Shown piece by piece: positions 13,101 through 28,100 of a stretch of DNA of 64,000 nt; positions within the stretch are counted from its first letter, which is position 1, and each line of letters begins with the position of its first letter. The stretch comes from Phoronis australis (Eukaryota > Animalia > Phoronida): the NCBI GenBank assembly GCA_002633005.1, contig NMRA01001032.1, positions 1-64,000 on the forward strand. Direction: 5' to 3'. The translations under genes were made by a program, and so were the position numbers. The notes under the pieces are model-generated. The model was not told the DNA's origin and did no database searches. It was given only the letters and a program-made list of their open reading frames with translations.

Positions 13101-16100
13101 GGGCCATGCCTACTGGAAAGCTGTCTCTGTGCAGTTTACCTTGAACAAAAGGCTTACAAACTCTCAGTTCACAATCCGACTTACAGTCAAGTCCAATTGT
13201 CATCTTATTGCGTATCAATTGTTTCAAACTTTGGCCACCTAAATGACCAAAAGGACGATGCCACAACTCAAACTGTAAGTTAGTCTCATCTACTGACACA
13301 GACTCAGTCATGGGCTTTACATTTAAGTAATACAGGCCATTGACTTCACGGCCTTTTGCAACTTCTTTACCAACATCCTTCATAATGTTACATTCAGTAT
13401 CAGTAAATTCTATGGTACCAAGTTTGCTGGTAGCTTGTGAAACGCTTAACAAACTGAATGACAGGCCTGGTACAAACAGAACATTTTCTCCAACACACAT
13501 TTTGTGCTATTCCCGTTCAGGGAATCAAGTTCGAGTTCAACCGCTCCTTGGCCGGTTCCTTTTAAAACACGTCCATCCCTAAGCGTTACGTCTCTATTGT
13601 CCTGCAGCTCCGTAAACTCGGTATATTTTGCTCTGTCATTGCATATGTGTGTTGATGCTCCCGCGTCTATGGTCCATTCACAAGTTGACCTAGCACCAGT
13701 AAGCATTGCATTTATCAGCAAGCCAATAGACACCTCACTGTCACTGTCTTTAGTCGCTATGTTGGCTGTATCGGCTTTGTATTTTGTATCACTGCCATCT
13801 TTGTTTGGACAATTACGTTTTATGTGACCATACAATTTACATCCATAACACTTAGGACCCTTGTTTGACCTAGCCTTTTCGCGAGCGACAAGTGCTTCCC
13901 CGGCTGACTGTTCGCTAAGTTTCCGCTCTTCGTGTAATAAACGCTCAGTCACTAGTTCCATCCTAGGCACCTCCTCGCAAGCCTCCAATGCTGTAACCAA
14001 CACACCATACATATTGGGAAGACTTGCAAGAAGATGCACAACACGATCTCGATCGTTTACTGGACCACCAATTACTGCAAGTTCGCTAAAAAGCTCAGTC
14101 ATGGATTTGATAGGAGCACTGACGTCATCACCAGCATTTAACTTCATTGAATATAGGTTTTTACGTAAATGCAGCTCATTTGCCCAAGTTTTCTTTTGAA
14201 ACTGGTTCTGAAATGTGTGCAACACGTCACAGGGATCCACAGGGTCTCCTAGTATGTACAACAGACTAGTGTCCACTGAGAGAACTATGGTAGCACGTGC
14301 TTTGTCCCTTCTTACATTGAATTTCTCAAGTTTTGAAGCATCATCTCCCGAAGAAGGAACTTCCTTACCCGCGACAATGTTCCACAGGCCATCTTTCATC
14401 AGCGCCATTTGACACCGAACCTTCCACGTCGCATAGTTTTTACCAACCAGCGGTGAAATTACCCGAAATCACTGATTTTTCCGCCATCTTTGATTTTTCA
14501 AGTCCAAAACAACGTCACTAATCAACCTATTAGTGGCACACAAAAATCGTCCATAACCTTTTGAAATATGTCACTTTTTGGTTGCAAAAATGAAACCACA
14601 ACACATCGTGAGAATGACCTAATCTATTGTGAAAAAGAGACTAACTACAACGAAACAACTAATCGTAATAATGCCGTTGATGTAACGTAGAAGGAACTTA
14701 AACTAATAAATGATTTTCAACACAAATTCTGCAGACTTTCCACTATCAAAAAGTGTACTAACCTTTATTTTGTTGAAATCTGTAGTTTGCAGGTATTTGT
14801 CTAAATACAGAGACGTCTCGAGAAGGTCCCACGTAACCGCCACTGTTAAAATACACGCCCATTTCGTATGTGATAGATACTGGCTGGTTAACCGTAGAAA
14901 GTTTTACATTTGTTAATGCAGGATGGAAACATGAAGACATGACGTATTACTACAAGAAAGTTGAGGACCATTACTGCCACTATGATTCAGAAGAAGCCAC
15001 CGGAATTTCGTCAGCGGATTGCGAGAAATGGCACGGTAAAGGCGGGCCGATGCAACTCAATTCACAGTTAGAGGTACCGTACCGCCAGGATTGCACATCC
15101 CTACACAAGAGTTAAAAGGGACTCTTTTTTGGCTTTGACTCACTTTGAATAATAGACCGGGCTCAACATATGAAACCAAAGGGTACGACCGTGAACCCAG
15201 TTATCTTCTCTTTCCCTAATTTTACAGTCAAGGGGGGAACGTGGGTTAAAAAGGTAGAAGGGTGTAGGAGTCGAGCGGGCTCAAGGATAATCTTACGTAC
15301 TTCCATTTACAGGAAGCCTTCCACCTGTTCCCGAGAGAGATGAAATACCTTTGTGAAGACAAGACGAAGCCTTGGAATGGTTACAAGCCTGATTACAACG
15401 GTCCAGTGGAGGACAGGTACAAATACTGAACACACGATTTCCCCATACAGTTAGCAACGATAAACAAGAGCTTTGGAACAGGGAAGGGCGAACAGCAACG
15501 AATTTTCTGGAGGTTGTCGTTGCGTAACATCCTCACTAATAGTCGCCTGACATATGCGGGGTTGCTGGGGGGTTGGTTCAATCTGGGTCGAAAATTTTTT
15601 AGATTGACGGGCGTGTAACACCCTCACTAAAAATCAGGCAAATAGGTGCGCAAGAACGTGATGTCAATATTTGTGACAACTGTAAGGAATTCTATATAGG
15701 ACTCGCACAGAGATGCGTCTGTGACAGGTTGAAAAAACATCTCACCTCAGAGAAAAGTAACATATATAGGCATTGTATTAGCTACAATCACCAATTTCAA
15801 GAATGACGATCAATCACCAGCATTTCACACGTGATTATATTCTATTGTTGGCACTTGAATAGTCGGTGCCAAAATATAAGACAACAAATTTAATTTTCAA
15901 TAAATTCGAAATTGTCACAACTGTTTCCTGTTGCGTGAAATAATGGACTCAACTAAGTTCTCTGATTCTCCCACGCATTTATGCATTTGTTTACTCACAA
16001 GCGTTGTGCTTGTCTATCATCATATCGTTATAATGCTCTTCTCTTTGACTAATAACATTTCATAATAAACTATATAAAACAACGACCTTATTTCAGTGAA

Positions 16101-19100
16101 AATGAACAGGAACTTGGTCTTTAGGTTAGGGGCCTTGCATGAAAAGATGCCTATTTATTTTCGAGACTATCATATCGAGAATTCAACGGAGGGTTTGCGA
16201 TCAGTTTGTATCATAAGCAAAAGCAGAATTAGTAACGAAAATCCACAGTAAAGCAAATACACTATTTTCACAAGTCCACAAATGTGTAGAAAACTTAATG
16301 TGCTGGACGAGTGGTCCCTATTTACGTAATCAGCCCATAATGTCTGCACTTCGCAAGGTTTTCACATTCTTTAGTACGATCGCAATGTGATGTCGAAAGC
16401 TATCTTTAAATTCAGAGTAACAAAATAACAAAATAAACATTCTCAAATTACTGATACAATCTGTTATTTGAAACATAAAAGAACTAAACAAATGTTTTAT
16501 ACGCTACTGAATGAAGCGGGCCCCCAGTAATTGCAATAATGTCTTTGAGCCTCCAATATTATAAACGGTCCAGTGAACTGACGTGTCATTTTTGATCGCG
16601 TACGTAACACAGAGTGTCGAATAAACATACAGATGCAGCTGCTGTGGTTTCCAACATGGGGTTATGTATGGGGAGTGTCGACGCATACTGGACCCACCGC
16701 TACCGATTAAAGTCCATAAAATACCGTATTTGGTATTGGTAATACTTCTTAGCAATAGTGAAGACAAGCATGAAGCGCATTTGCTGCAATTTATTTTACA
16801 GAATAAGCTGCAGTGTCTTCCAGCAGTACAAACTTCGCACTGATGAAGACTATAATCCGACTGAGGAAGCTCGCGCCAATCGCGCCTCTCAAACAGCACG
16901 CGGGAGTAGTTTCACTGGCTACTACAAAGAAAACGCCAAGAAACCTTATCTGGCTATATCTGCACCAGTAACAGGTACAGTACCGATTTTGTCCTCCGCT
17001 GCGCCTTCATGACGCTCCGTTCGTATCGTACTTCCAACGATGTTGTTGAGTAGCGGGGAGGGCATATATGCAGTTTTGTAAAAATTGAGTACTTTGTGAC
17101 AGATTTTTGCAATTTAGTACACTGTCAGGTATAAGAAAAGAAGATTTAAAAAACAAAGTGTTCTGACTCCCTGGTGATCGCTAGGCACAAAATTCAATGT
17201 GGTTGCCGCCAGAATGGAAGTTGGCGTATTTCGGCTATTATTATCACTAGAACAAATTATGTCATGTTTTCAATATTTTTGGGGGCGGGGAGTTCATTTC
17301 TGGAGTTCAGTTTAAGTTTTGAGGTCAATTCAAATGCAAAGTGATAATCTCAAGGCAAATGTCATTCACAAATAACTCAAACTTATGTTTGTTCTCATAG
17401 ACGTTACATCGTTTATTTAATGGGTATATCGATTTGATTGGCTACACAAAATCCTAAAATTACCATTTTTCAAAACCAGATTTGCACAGCATAGAACTTT
17501 ATTTAGCTGACTGTGAAAATACTTGTAGATTGAGACATGTAGAAACATCCTCCTTCACTTATAAAAATGGCACATGTGTTACTACTGGGAAGAGTAGGGA
17601 ATTTCTTTCTCGTCAGTGGCTGTATCGCCTATATCTCTTAAAGATCTTCTTAAATCGGAATGGTTTATTTTAAGGAACGTGACAACGAATGACAACGGCT
17701 TCCAAACGGATCCAATTACCGCTGTGCCTCCTAGTGGTAATTTAACTACCTGCGTTTTCCTTCTTGTCTTAATGTGTATCCATTGACGGACATTTCTGAA
17801 ACAGCAAATTGATTTCTATAAAAGAATCAATGACACGTTTCTATTCTCGGAAGGGTTGAAGATATTGTATGCTATTCAGTGGCCATAATGATTATTTGCC
17901 ACTCTGTTTGCGTTATCAGCCAAATAACACTAAAGATTATGTGTTCCAAATGGGACGAAGACGTTTGACTGGGTCCAATATCTGTGTCTCCCTCTTGTGG
18001 CAATTAATTTTTCAACGGTTGAATATAAGCTCTTGATGGGTTTAAAGGAATTTTTGGGAATTAAGTTATAATGATTCAGACAACAGCATCGGTCATGTTT
18101 CAGATGGATTTGACCTAGCTTGTTTCCCCTTGTGAACTTCCTTCTGTTTTCTTGTTTTTGTTTTCTTTGTCGTCTGCTTTTCCCTGTCCTCCAAACGTTT
18201 TGAAAATCATGTTGAAACGTGGCAGGTGTGTTTCTATTCTGAACTGCTTTGCACCCCCTAGAAGTTATTTCTAAGTTAACGAGCATTGGCCCGTTTAAGT
18301 CGGAATTTTTTAAAATGATGACGCAATGCACACCGAGGGGTTCATTTCAACGTTCTGCAGTTGCAAATAAAACGTTGCAAAGATGTTCATCAGGCTCACC
18401 TTCACACAAGAGTAATCTTTAGCAAATGATATAGAAGCCGTTAAAGTATGCGATTCCCGAGGCGGCGGGGGCCAATTTGGTTCCCCTTTGACAAACACAT
18501 ATCTGGTTACAGGTTGGGACGCTTTGTTGGCGAATGCGATCTTATAGAGTTGCCCAGGACTCCGTGATATTTCCAGCAGGCGGCATTACTGTTTGTAGCA
18601 GAAGAACTGCAGCAGTTTGGGTCTTTTAGGGTTATCCGATTCTGAGCCATTTTACCCGCGGAAGTTACAACATTTCCTTTATTCGTTAGTCAGCACTAAA
18701 ATAATGAGCAGACGCTCTTCATTTTTGGAGTTAATATAATCGGCTTCCAGTGGCCGCATTTGATTGAAAACCGTAACAAACATTAGAAGGCACTAGACAT
18801 TAGGTTTTGCCTGACCGTGCACACACCACTGGACTTACGGTCTTTCGTCCACTCTGAGGAGATTTGTATGAGCAGAATAAAAGGCTGCTGGATATTTCAG
18901 GTCAGAAGTGCCACACATGGCAGAATGAACTTCATTCTGTCTCATTTTTGCTCCGCTCGCTTCCACCGATCAGCAAGTCAAACTGAAAATTCGGTGGCAT
19001 AAAACGCAAAATTGACACTTATCAACTCAAAGCCACCACTTCTTCTACAACGTACAACAAGCGATTGAAGTACTGCTTCCTATATGCTGGCGTATGTTAG

Positions 19101-22100
19101 TGATAAATTTGAGCTGTGCATAACTGTGAAAATAACAAAAAAAAATTGCGGGTTATTGCCAGGATAAAAACACGTTTTATTATTTCCTGATTAAGATTGA
19201 TGTTTGAGATGCAACTCCTGAAAATCTCTATTATTTCTGATAAAATGGCATGTTGTGGGAGTCTATTCCAGAGTAAAACAGTAAATGGGAAGAACGAGTT
19301 TGCGTAGTATACAGTGGGAATGTGTGTTCTTTCAAAGGTATGAGAGTGGGCATTGCGTGATCTAGAAATATTTAGGGGTCTAGGGTATGTGTTAGGAATG
19401 GCAACCAGTGTGTACACTGCCTTGTACATGTGAAACCGTTTCTTTTGAGCACGTCTTTCTTGAAGAGTGGGCTAGGTGCGAGTGGTGAGCATAGACGTAA
19501 CAAATCAGCTCTGGAGTGATCATAATGGATGAACCTGGCTGCTGAACGCTATATTCTTTCTATCTTGCCAATATTGGAGCGTGTGGAGGAATACCAGAGG
19601 AGTGATAATCAACTGTGCGCCTCATCAATGAAGTGTAGGCCAAGGTGTTTGTTTCACGAAGTGCACATTTGAGGTTCCGCTTAATGAAGCCAAGAGTTTG
19701 TTTGCCTTAGAGATGATTGCGTCTATTTGAGTGTTCCATATTGAATTATTGGTAAGAAAGAGCCCAAGGTAGGGTGCATGCGAGTGGTGAGATGTGAAGA
19801 CTGTGGCAGTATATCCTGGGGTAAAGTTTTCTATGGACACGTAGAATATTGCATTGGAAAACGACGAGATCCGATTTCCAGGATTTTCCCGGTAGGCTAG
19901 GAAGTCTAAATCTTTTTGATATTTTTTGCAAAAATGGGGGAAGCAATACGTCTTTAGAGGATTGAATCATCGAAAAAGACACGGACGTATGAAACAATGG
20001 AATCAGGAAGGTATTTAATATATAGTATGAGGAGTGCAAGACCAAAGGCAGAACCCTGGGGCACCCCTGACTGAACTGGAAAGGAATTTGAGAACTTGCC
20101 ATTGACGACGACACTTCCTTGTGGATGCTCGAGACACGACAAATATACTTCTATAGATTGCACACGTGTGGTCCAAAGTGCTTACATCCGTCTAGGTTTT
20201 ATGAAATTCTGGATTACTTGAGGGCTGTTCGAAATCGCAGCAGATTAATCAGTCGCTTATCAACAGTGTAACAATGGTAGAAGGAGTTGCCGTTTTAAAG
20301 AAAAGTTTATATGCTGGCGAAGTAGTGGACTTACAACATGGTCGTAACTACCAACAAACCACAATCACTTAACCTATTTGCAATGTATACCATAAAACTG
20401 CCGCCAAATTCTATTATGTGCAAGGTAGTCGTGGCTTGTGTACCACCTCATTAATTTAGAGAGTGTCCAATAGACTTTAGGGATATATACGCACTAAGTA
20501 CAGTTCGGAATACGCATTGGAAAATTGTAATCAATTTCCACACCATATTGGATTAGTACGCTCTTGCTCCGATTTTGCCTGAAATTCACCCTAGGCCGGG
20601 TTTCTTTGAAGAGGCTGAGTGAAAACCAAACATGGTGGTACTTTTGATTTAGTCAGCAAGTCGTTCAATGACTGAAAATTTGTTCAGACTTGTTTGGCTA
20701 TTGTCATCCCGAAATTCGCACCTGAAGGCAATTGAGGTCTCTGACAAGGACGACTTTTGTTCTTCATTATAAAGCTCATGAGTTGAGGAAATTTCTATTG
20801 CTCGAAAGCTACATTTGATATGTATGAGGTAGCCCACTGCCAACTCCATGTTCTGATATGATGTATACATCTCTTCCGGCTTATAATTTTCTATCTATCA
20901 TTAACCCTACATGAAATTGTTACTGCATGTGTAGAGATCCTGTTCAACGAAGAGCGCAAAGCCATTGGAGTGACCTTCTGGGACGAAGAAAATGGGCAGA
21001 CTAAAAAGGCATTCGTCCGTAAAGAAGTCATCGTTGGTGCGGGCTCTTTCGATACACCACATTTACTTCAGGTACACTTGATATTTACATATAAGCTCAT
21101 GCATTTCATGTTTTAATAACAATAACAATAACAATAACAATAACAATAATAATAATAATGTTTATTGTACATCTTAGGCTTTGCCTACTCATACATATAT
21201 ACATAAATTCAAACATATATTCAGAATATTTGCACGGAGAGCAGTTCTTCTCTTAAAGCCATAGCCCTCTGAATATACAATGCGAGGCGCTGGATGCTGT
21301 CATGATTTTTCTGTTGGAATAACCTAACAAGAGAGTAGTTAACACTGACAAGCTCTGGAAGAAGATTTCGTGTAAGCACTTCAAGAACAGGGCATCGACA
21401 CATGAAATGAGGCCCATCTTCAATTTCACCCAGACAGCCTATGCCGCATATTCTCTCACCTCTAGGAATACCCATATGTCTCCCTTTCTCTATATTAAGT
21501 GAGTGAAGTGAACACCGAAATTGCGCAAGTATTTTTCTTGAATAAGCGCTTAAACAATTCACATATTGCTCGCTGACAAGATCACGTTTAATAAGACTAT
21601 AAAATTCATATTTATTTGAGCTATCTATTTCCAGTTGTCATTCCTGTACGCCATAATCCAGTAATCTCTGATTAAATACCATAATAAACTCAGCACTATT
21701 GCCTGGGCCAAATAACCACACTTCTCCATAGCCGTACCTATACAAAATTTCTTTGACACGGTGTGCCCAGTTACAATTACCATTTTCACTTTGTTCCCTT
21801 AGCATACTATAACATTTCAGTGGGTACCTATGTTCTTCCATATCCAGAAATTTTGTCCAATTGATGATTGGTTTACACATATAGTTTGTAATTAACAATT
21901 GTCTCCCACATTCACCACGAGCCATAGCATTTGGCGTTTTAATACTCAATCTCAGAACATATTTACAGAAATCATTATGAACTTTTTTTAATAAATTCAC
22001 GCATTGATGTTTCTCATATTTCTGCACCATATGTTAACATGGGCATTATCATAGAGTCAAAGAGTTTAAAATGCACTCCATGGGAAATACAGTTAAGTTT

Positions 22101-25100
22101 TGACAGAGTGGCTTTAATAACGTTCATTGCTTTTCGAGCTTGGCTTGCAAGTACTCTACAACACTCTGTCCATTTAAGTCTGCAGGAGAATGTGACTCCT
22201 AGGTACTTGTACTACGATTTGGTATCTACTTTCTTATCGCCAAAACCCACCTTTCATTACTTGAAAGTATGCTCCCTCGCTTAAATACCACAACATTCGT
22301 TTTATCCAAATTAACTTGCAAATTCCAGTCTCGACGAAACTTTTCGAGGACATTGAGCTTCATCTGTAGCCCAGCAACGGTATTCGACACCAGCACTAAA
22401 TCATCAGCAAAAAACAAAGAACCTATTTCACAACCCTGAGAGACACGTATACCTCTGCCTACATTTTCTCTAATATCTGACACTAATGTGCTAACAAACA
22501 CCGAGAACAGCCTGGCATTAAAACACATCCTTGCCGGACACGAACTGTACAGTTGAAATATGGTGTGGTCTGGGACTGTACCATAACACACGATTGTATA
22601 GAGTCGTATGTACTGCGCAAAATGTTAAATATTTTTCCATGCAAACCTTTGGTTAAAAAGGCATAAAATAAACGGGAAATATCTACACTATCAAATGCCT
22701 TACTAAAATCAACGAATGCACAATATACTTTCCCATTCCGTTTAGTGACATGTTTCTGGAAGATACACTGTAGGTTAAAAATGTTATCGATTGTAGAATA
22801 CCCAGTCCTAAAGCCTGCTTGTTCTTCCGGGATACATTTCGTATTATTCGACCATTCAATTATACGAGAATAAAGAATAGTTGTAAAATTTTTATTAATA
22901 CTATCTATAACGGAGATCCCTCTGTGGATTAAATATGTCTCCTTCTTTGATACTTTTTGACCATTGGGATGGATAATGCCCGGTATGTACATGTATTATG
23001 ACGTATGACATTTCACGAGTAAACTATTTTTCATCCACTATCATGTGCTCTTTTATAGTTTTATTTCAGTGTTCATAATGCTTACAATTGATTGACTTCG
23101 CCGACATTGTTGGGTCAACCAGCCAAGACATCTCAAAGGCTTTTGGTGACGACTTCCTGCTAACAAACCAATCAGATGCTGGTTGACCTTACAAAACCGG
23201 CGAAGTCAATCAAGTGTAGCCAAATCTTTTAAATATCCCGTGAAAGACAGAAGCAACCAAGAGTTTTCATATATGCAGATGACGACGTAAAACTGATTTA
23301 AAGAAAATCCTCCAGAAGCACTTCCTGAAAATGTAGGCCCGATTATGCGTGCCTGTTGTTACCGAGGTTGGAATTGACAGTTTGCAATCTAACGAATAAG
23401 CCTAGTATACTAATTATTATATTGTTGATAGAACAGATGTTAAGTAAGTAGTAAACCAACCAACCAACCATCTAACCCATTTACCAGCCAACCAACCATG
23501 CCAGCCAACGAACAACTGACGAAGCAACCAACCGAAGGACATTATACGTTTCCTTCGTACATTCCGTGTTATGAAAATCTTTCGATTGAAACTTGCCTGA
23601 AATACATAAATTTTGCTGCAGGTGAGCGGAGTCGGGCCTAAAGAGCTTCTCAAAGATATCGGCGTAGACCTTGTTGCTGAGAACAAGCATGTGGGCCAGC
23701 ATTTATGGGACCATATCTCGGTACCGTACGTTCTAAAACTTAGTTCAGCCTCCGATGACTTATGCTGCGGCACTCCACCAAAAGTTGACATTGACGGTAC
23801 CGAATACAATACAGGGGATTTGGCCAGCATCAACGGTCCATTTTCCTGGATTTTGCATTATCGTTCTAACGTTTCCCGTGTTCCCGCTTCGATGTCCGAC
23901 ATCCAGCTGTATGTGATGGGAAACTCCAAGCTATTTGACGAGACAGGTAATGTTATGACGATCTACAACAACGAGTCTAAAGGTCAAGACTGGGATTGTG
24001 TCCCTGTAATTTGTTGCTTAATACTGTAGCAGTCTAAATCACCTTCATATTATTTGGGAATCTTCTCATTCAAGTCTCTATAGTTCGGTGACACCTCTTT
24101 GTTTACACAAACTTCGTTGAAACACGTCTAGACGTTTTGTTTGAAAGCTTGATACTGGTTCTGTCTTAGTGTCAGAGTAATATCCTTTCTTCAGGTCTGC
24201 AGCTATGTAGTTAAACACCGAGAGACATAACAAACAAACAAACAAACAAATTAAAACACAAGCTATGTTTTGAGACTGCAGTTATCATTATCAGGAAATA
24301 AGTTGAATGATCATATACATACCGCAATAGACAGTGAAATACACGTGACAGCGGGAAGAGGGTCATACAAGCAGAGAGTGTGAATGCAACACAATGTAGG
24401 ACGCCCGCAACCCTATAGAAACAGAGCCAGAGTGCTCATTCAACACAGTTTTTTTGACTGATCAATAGTGATTCAGGGGACAGATACCTTGTGAGTCTGC
24501 TGCTGTGTGGAGACAATAATTCATCGTCTCAGAAGTGTCATAACTAGGTTAAACTCCTCTTTGGAAACGACGCGCTTACAATAATTATTTTGTCGTCGTT
24601 TGATTGGTTGATCTAATCACACTGCCCTGACACCTTGTGGGCAACAAAATATTTCAGGCTTTCTTTTCTCCAACATTGAAATTAAAATTCTTAATGAAAA
24701 TGAAATTGTATTCTTGAACACTTTGTTCATTGGACTGGATAATGAATTACCCAAAGTTCTTATATCACCTCACGCCCTGAGGTAGCCGCGGACATGTAAG
24801 ATAGGGGACATGTGTCCAATGATTGTCCATCTGGCCGTCTTTTGACGTTAGTCTTCATACAGCTAGCTGAGTGGTTACCACTACATGTAAGTGTGATCCT
24901 CACTATTTGGTATACACCTTTGTTGCTCCATAAAATAAATGGATATCGTTTCATTCAATTATTCATCCCCACATTCATTCATTATCCGTGCTTTCTCTCA
25001 CTTATTAAGACATTCATTCATTCATTCGTTCGTTGTTCACAGGTGCGCTATGCACAGCTGACCCTCCTGAATACGAAGATGATGCACAAAACAAGCAATA

Positions 25101-28100
25101 CGAGGACTCCAGCGATACACTCGAAGGTATATCCAAATTTCGTCAATTTCTTGACCAAGATATTTTACTAACAGGTGTATTGAGTGAAGACGAGACATGA
25201 GCAGTTTCGAAATATAACCGTCCTTTATAATATCTCTTGGTGATCTATTCTTGCTGACAAATATGCCAGAAGTTTGCACGAGTCTCTGCCAAATCAATGA
25301 ATAGAACTCTCCGTAAACAAGGTTATACATGTAAATATTGAATTGAATTCCAAGTCCCACGCGAAACCCATACATTCTAGCATTAAGGCTTGCTTTCCAG
25401 AGATTTCACATGACTAACATTGGGAATAGCTGGTTGTCCACTCGGATTAGTTTTGATTGATATCTTTTCAGTTTCAGTCTGAGAGTCACTTTTGACAACC
25501 TATAAAACTGTATATTACGAGTTTTTCAACAAGGCATATTTGGGTGCTAAAATGATATTTTTGTCTAAGAAATATTGGTTATGTAATTAATAAAGATAGT
25601 TCCATCGAAGTTAACCAAAATTTATGCACATGTACTTTTAAATCCTGAGTGTCAAACTTGTTTACATGTACTTTTGATATCTACGTGTATTTTTAGATGA
25701 TGCTTACCTCTTCTGGTCTATGGTCAGTGTCCTGTAAGGCTTCTAAAAATTCTGATATCATATTGTAACCACCAATGATATGAATAGATAAGATCATGTG
25801 GTTTTTATTAGCTAATTAGCTAATTGTTGACTGAGTACATCGTTATAATTTGGCAGAAGTCGGGTGTTGCAGCACCTGTAGTCTGTCGTTAACAGAAAAC
25901 GTTGTTTTTGTGTGTTGCGGCGAACATTTTACCCCGATGATGTGGAATAGAACCAGATGTCCCACTTTTAATACAGATGTTCTGCTTTTCAATCAAGTTG
26001 TCCCGTTTTCTCATTCTCGAATGCTGATAGTTATGCAACTGGTGTTCCAAATAACAGTATCTCTTTCTTATGAATGTTTGATTTTCCAGAAGCCATTTTC
26101 CTTAGTAATATAACAATTATAAAAATATTTTCCAATGTCTCTTGTTCATTGTAACACACCTCACTAATTTTAATTATTGAAAAATGGGTTTATTCCTAGA
26201 TTTCGCTTTAATGTAATGAGCTATCCACGTGCTTCAAATCTACAAAAACATGTTTTGCCATGTTTATCTTTCGGTAAACCCTTATCCCCATATTTCGGAT
26301 AGATAATTAGGGTATTTGGTTTATCACGGTTTTTGTACATGTAAGTGTCATTGAACACTGATTTTTACTAAAAAATGTAGATGTATCAAACGGATGAATG
26401 CCTGACTAAATTCTTCACAGCAACTCTGAGACATTCATTGTCTAAAACCATTGTCTTTCTCCGGTAGCAATCCTTTGAATCTGATGGCTTAATTAGTTAT
26501 TTATGTAATGTCTACCTCTGTATCATTTTCTTTTTTATCACATCCCAAATTCGTTGACATTTCAAGCTAATTAGTTGATTGTTAGATAAATAATGAGTCA
26601 ATTAGTGCATGCAAAATAAAATTTGTATATGAAATTAATTTCTTATCTTTTGTTTCTAGTATAATCATACACCATCGAGAGTTCATGGAGGACTTTTTAA
26701 TATGACTCTGATGCAATGCGCTTGAAAGCAATTCGGTGAAAAACGGAAGATTTGCGAAAAGTTTTACTATAGTAAATTTTTCACTTTCCCATTGCCTTAG
26801 TGTGATGAAAAAAGACATTCCATTCCTAGAGTTCTACGATAACTTTAAAACAATGTGTATACCTGTGAGAAAAATATCATTTTGCTTTCTGATATTGACT
26901 TCTTTAGGTACTATTCGTATCATCGATCAGTGGCCTGAGTATCGCGGCCATGTCAAAGCAGTCACTTCACACATATTTGACAAGCCGGAGATAGAGTATG
27001 GCTGGGGATACACTGAAGATGGGGTACCGACAGAAGAGTTCAAGAAGGTCTCCAAGCTTGTCCGAGATCAAATTCGCCTGTTGCGCAACATGTTCTTTGG
27101 AAAAAACGTCAGCAAAGAGTTAAAAGAACTGGTTTTAGACGAAGTTGCACCAGGGCTGGATATAGATACGGACGATAAGTTGGACGCATGGATGCGTGGA
27201 ATGCTGGTGTCTGCACTTCACCCTGTCGGTACATGCAAAATGCCAGACTGTGCTGATGAGTTTCTACAAGTAAGAGGAGTTTCCAATCTCAGAGTGTGTG
27301 ATGCCTCAGCCTTCGCAACACAAACCGACGGAAATCCAGCCGCTACTCTATTCGCTATGGGCGAAAAACTGGCAGACATGCTCAAGTTCCAATATCTGAA
27401 ATACGTAAACGTGGCAGTTCGTAAAGAATTAGCGATTCCAAGAGATAAGAATACCTTCAATTCCGAACTACCCCCCGGACATGCTGCAGTTGACATGGGT
27501 CCAGTGAAGTCAGCTTCAAATTGTATGGACGTATCAGTGTCCTCTGAATGGATTTCAACAGGAAAGGGTACTTCAGCTTTGATTGTCAAATGGTCTTTGG
27601 TATGCGTCAAGGACACCAATGAGCGTCAGATTGCAGACTTAGTAGCTATGGCTACATTGGGAACTGATCCAAGAGACGGTTGCAATGCTCAAGGTTATCC
27701 AAAGTTCAACAGACCAGAAGCGACTCCCGATCCAAGAGAGCCAAGCCCAAAGCATAAAATATCACGTCACGTTTTTGCCGTGTGGTGCCAATCGTTCCCT
27801 GGTGTGGATCCCGATACACTATGGACACAAGCTGGTTCGTGGAACGGAGAAGGTGGCAGGTATGTGCTCAGACAATTTAGCTGAAATGGTATACTATATG
27901 TAAAGCAACATGAATTTTAATATGTATATAGGTTGGTCAAGCGCATGCAGGACCAGAGCGACAAGTCTCATGCTGTTTTACAATACATTTACCTATAAAT
28001 AATTACCATAATCTACTTGGAAATAAAAGAAGTCTGTGATACTTATTATAGAAGACAAGAATCCAAACATAATATTTCTGTACGTCACCTGTTTCTTAAC

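Larger units (their letters stand above)
10417..14722 (-). mobile_element. Full-length but decayed Ty1/Copia LTR retrotransposon in gene 1 intron 3
   Basis: 164-bp LTRs at 10417-10580 and 14559-14722 (7 differences counted), 5-bp TSD CAAAT, copia-type PBS start GGTTATGG, PPT. Gag zinc knuckle CYGCKLYGHIKRNC, protease IDAGAS, integrase (HTDVCG, LRSDNGGEY, PEQNGVAER), RT (YGLKQSPRCW, YVDD) and RNase H in copia order, with frameshifts. Confidence 0.95.

Noticed and set aside
26736-26907. N-terminal part of the 382-aa ORF
   Set aside because: AT-rich sequence upstream of the tctttag| acceptor with no GMC similarity. Treated as intron.
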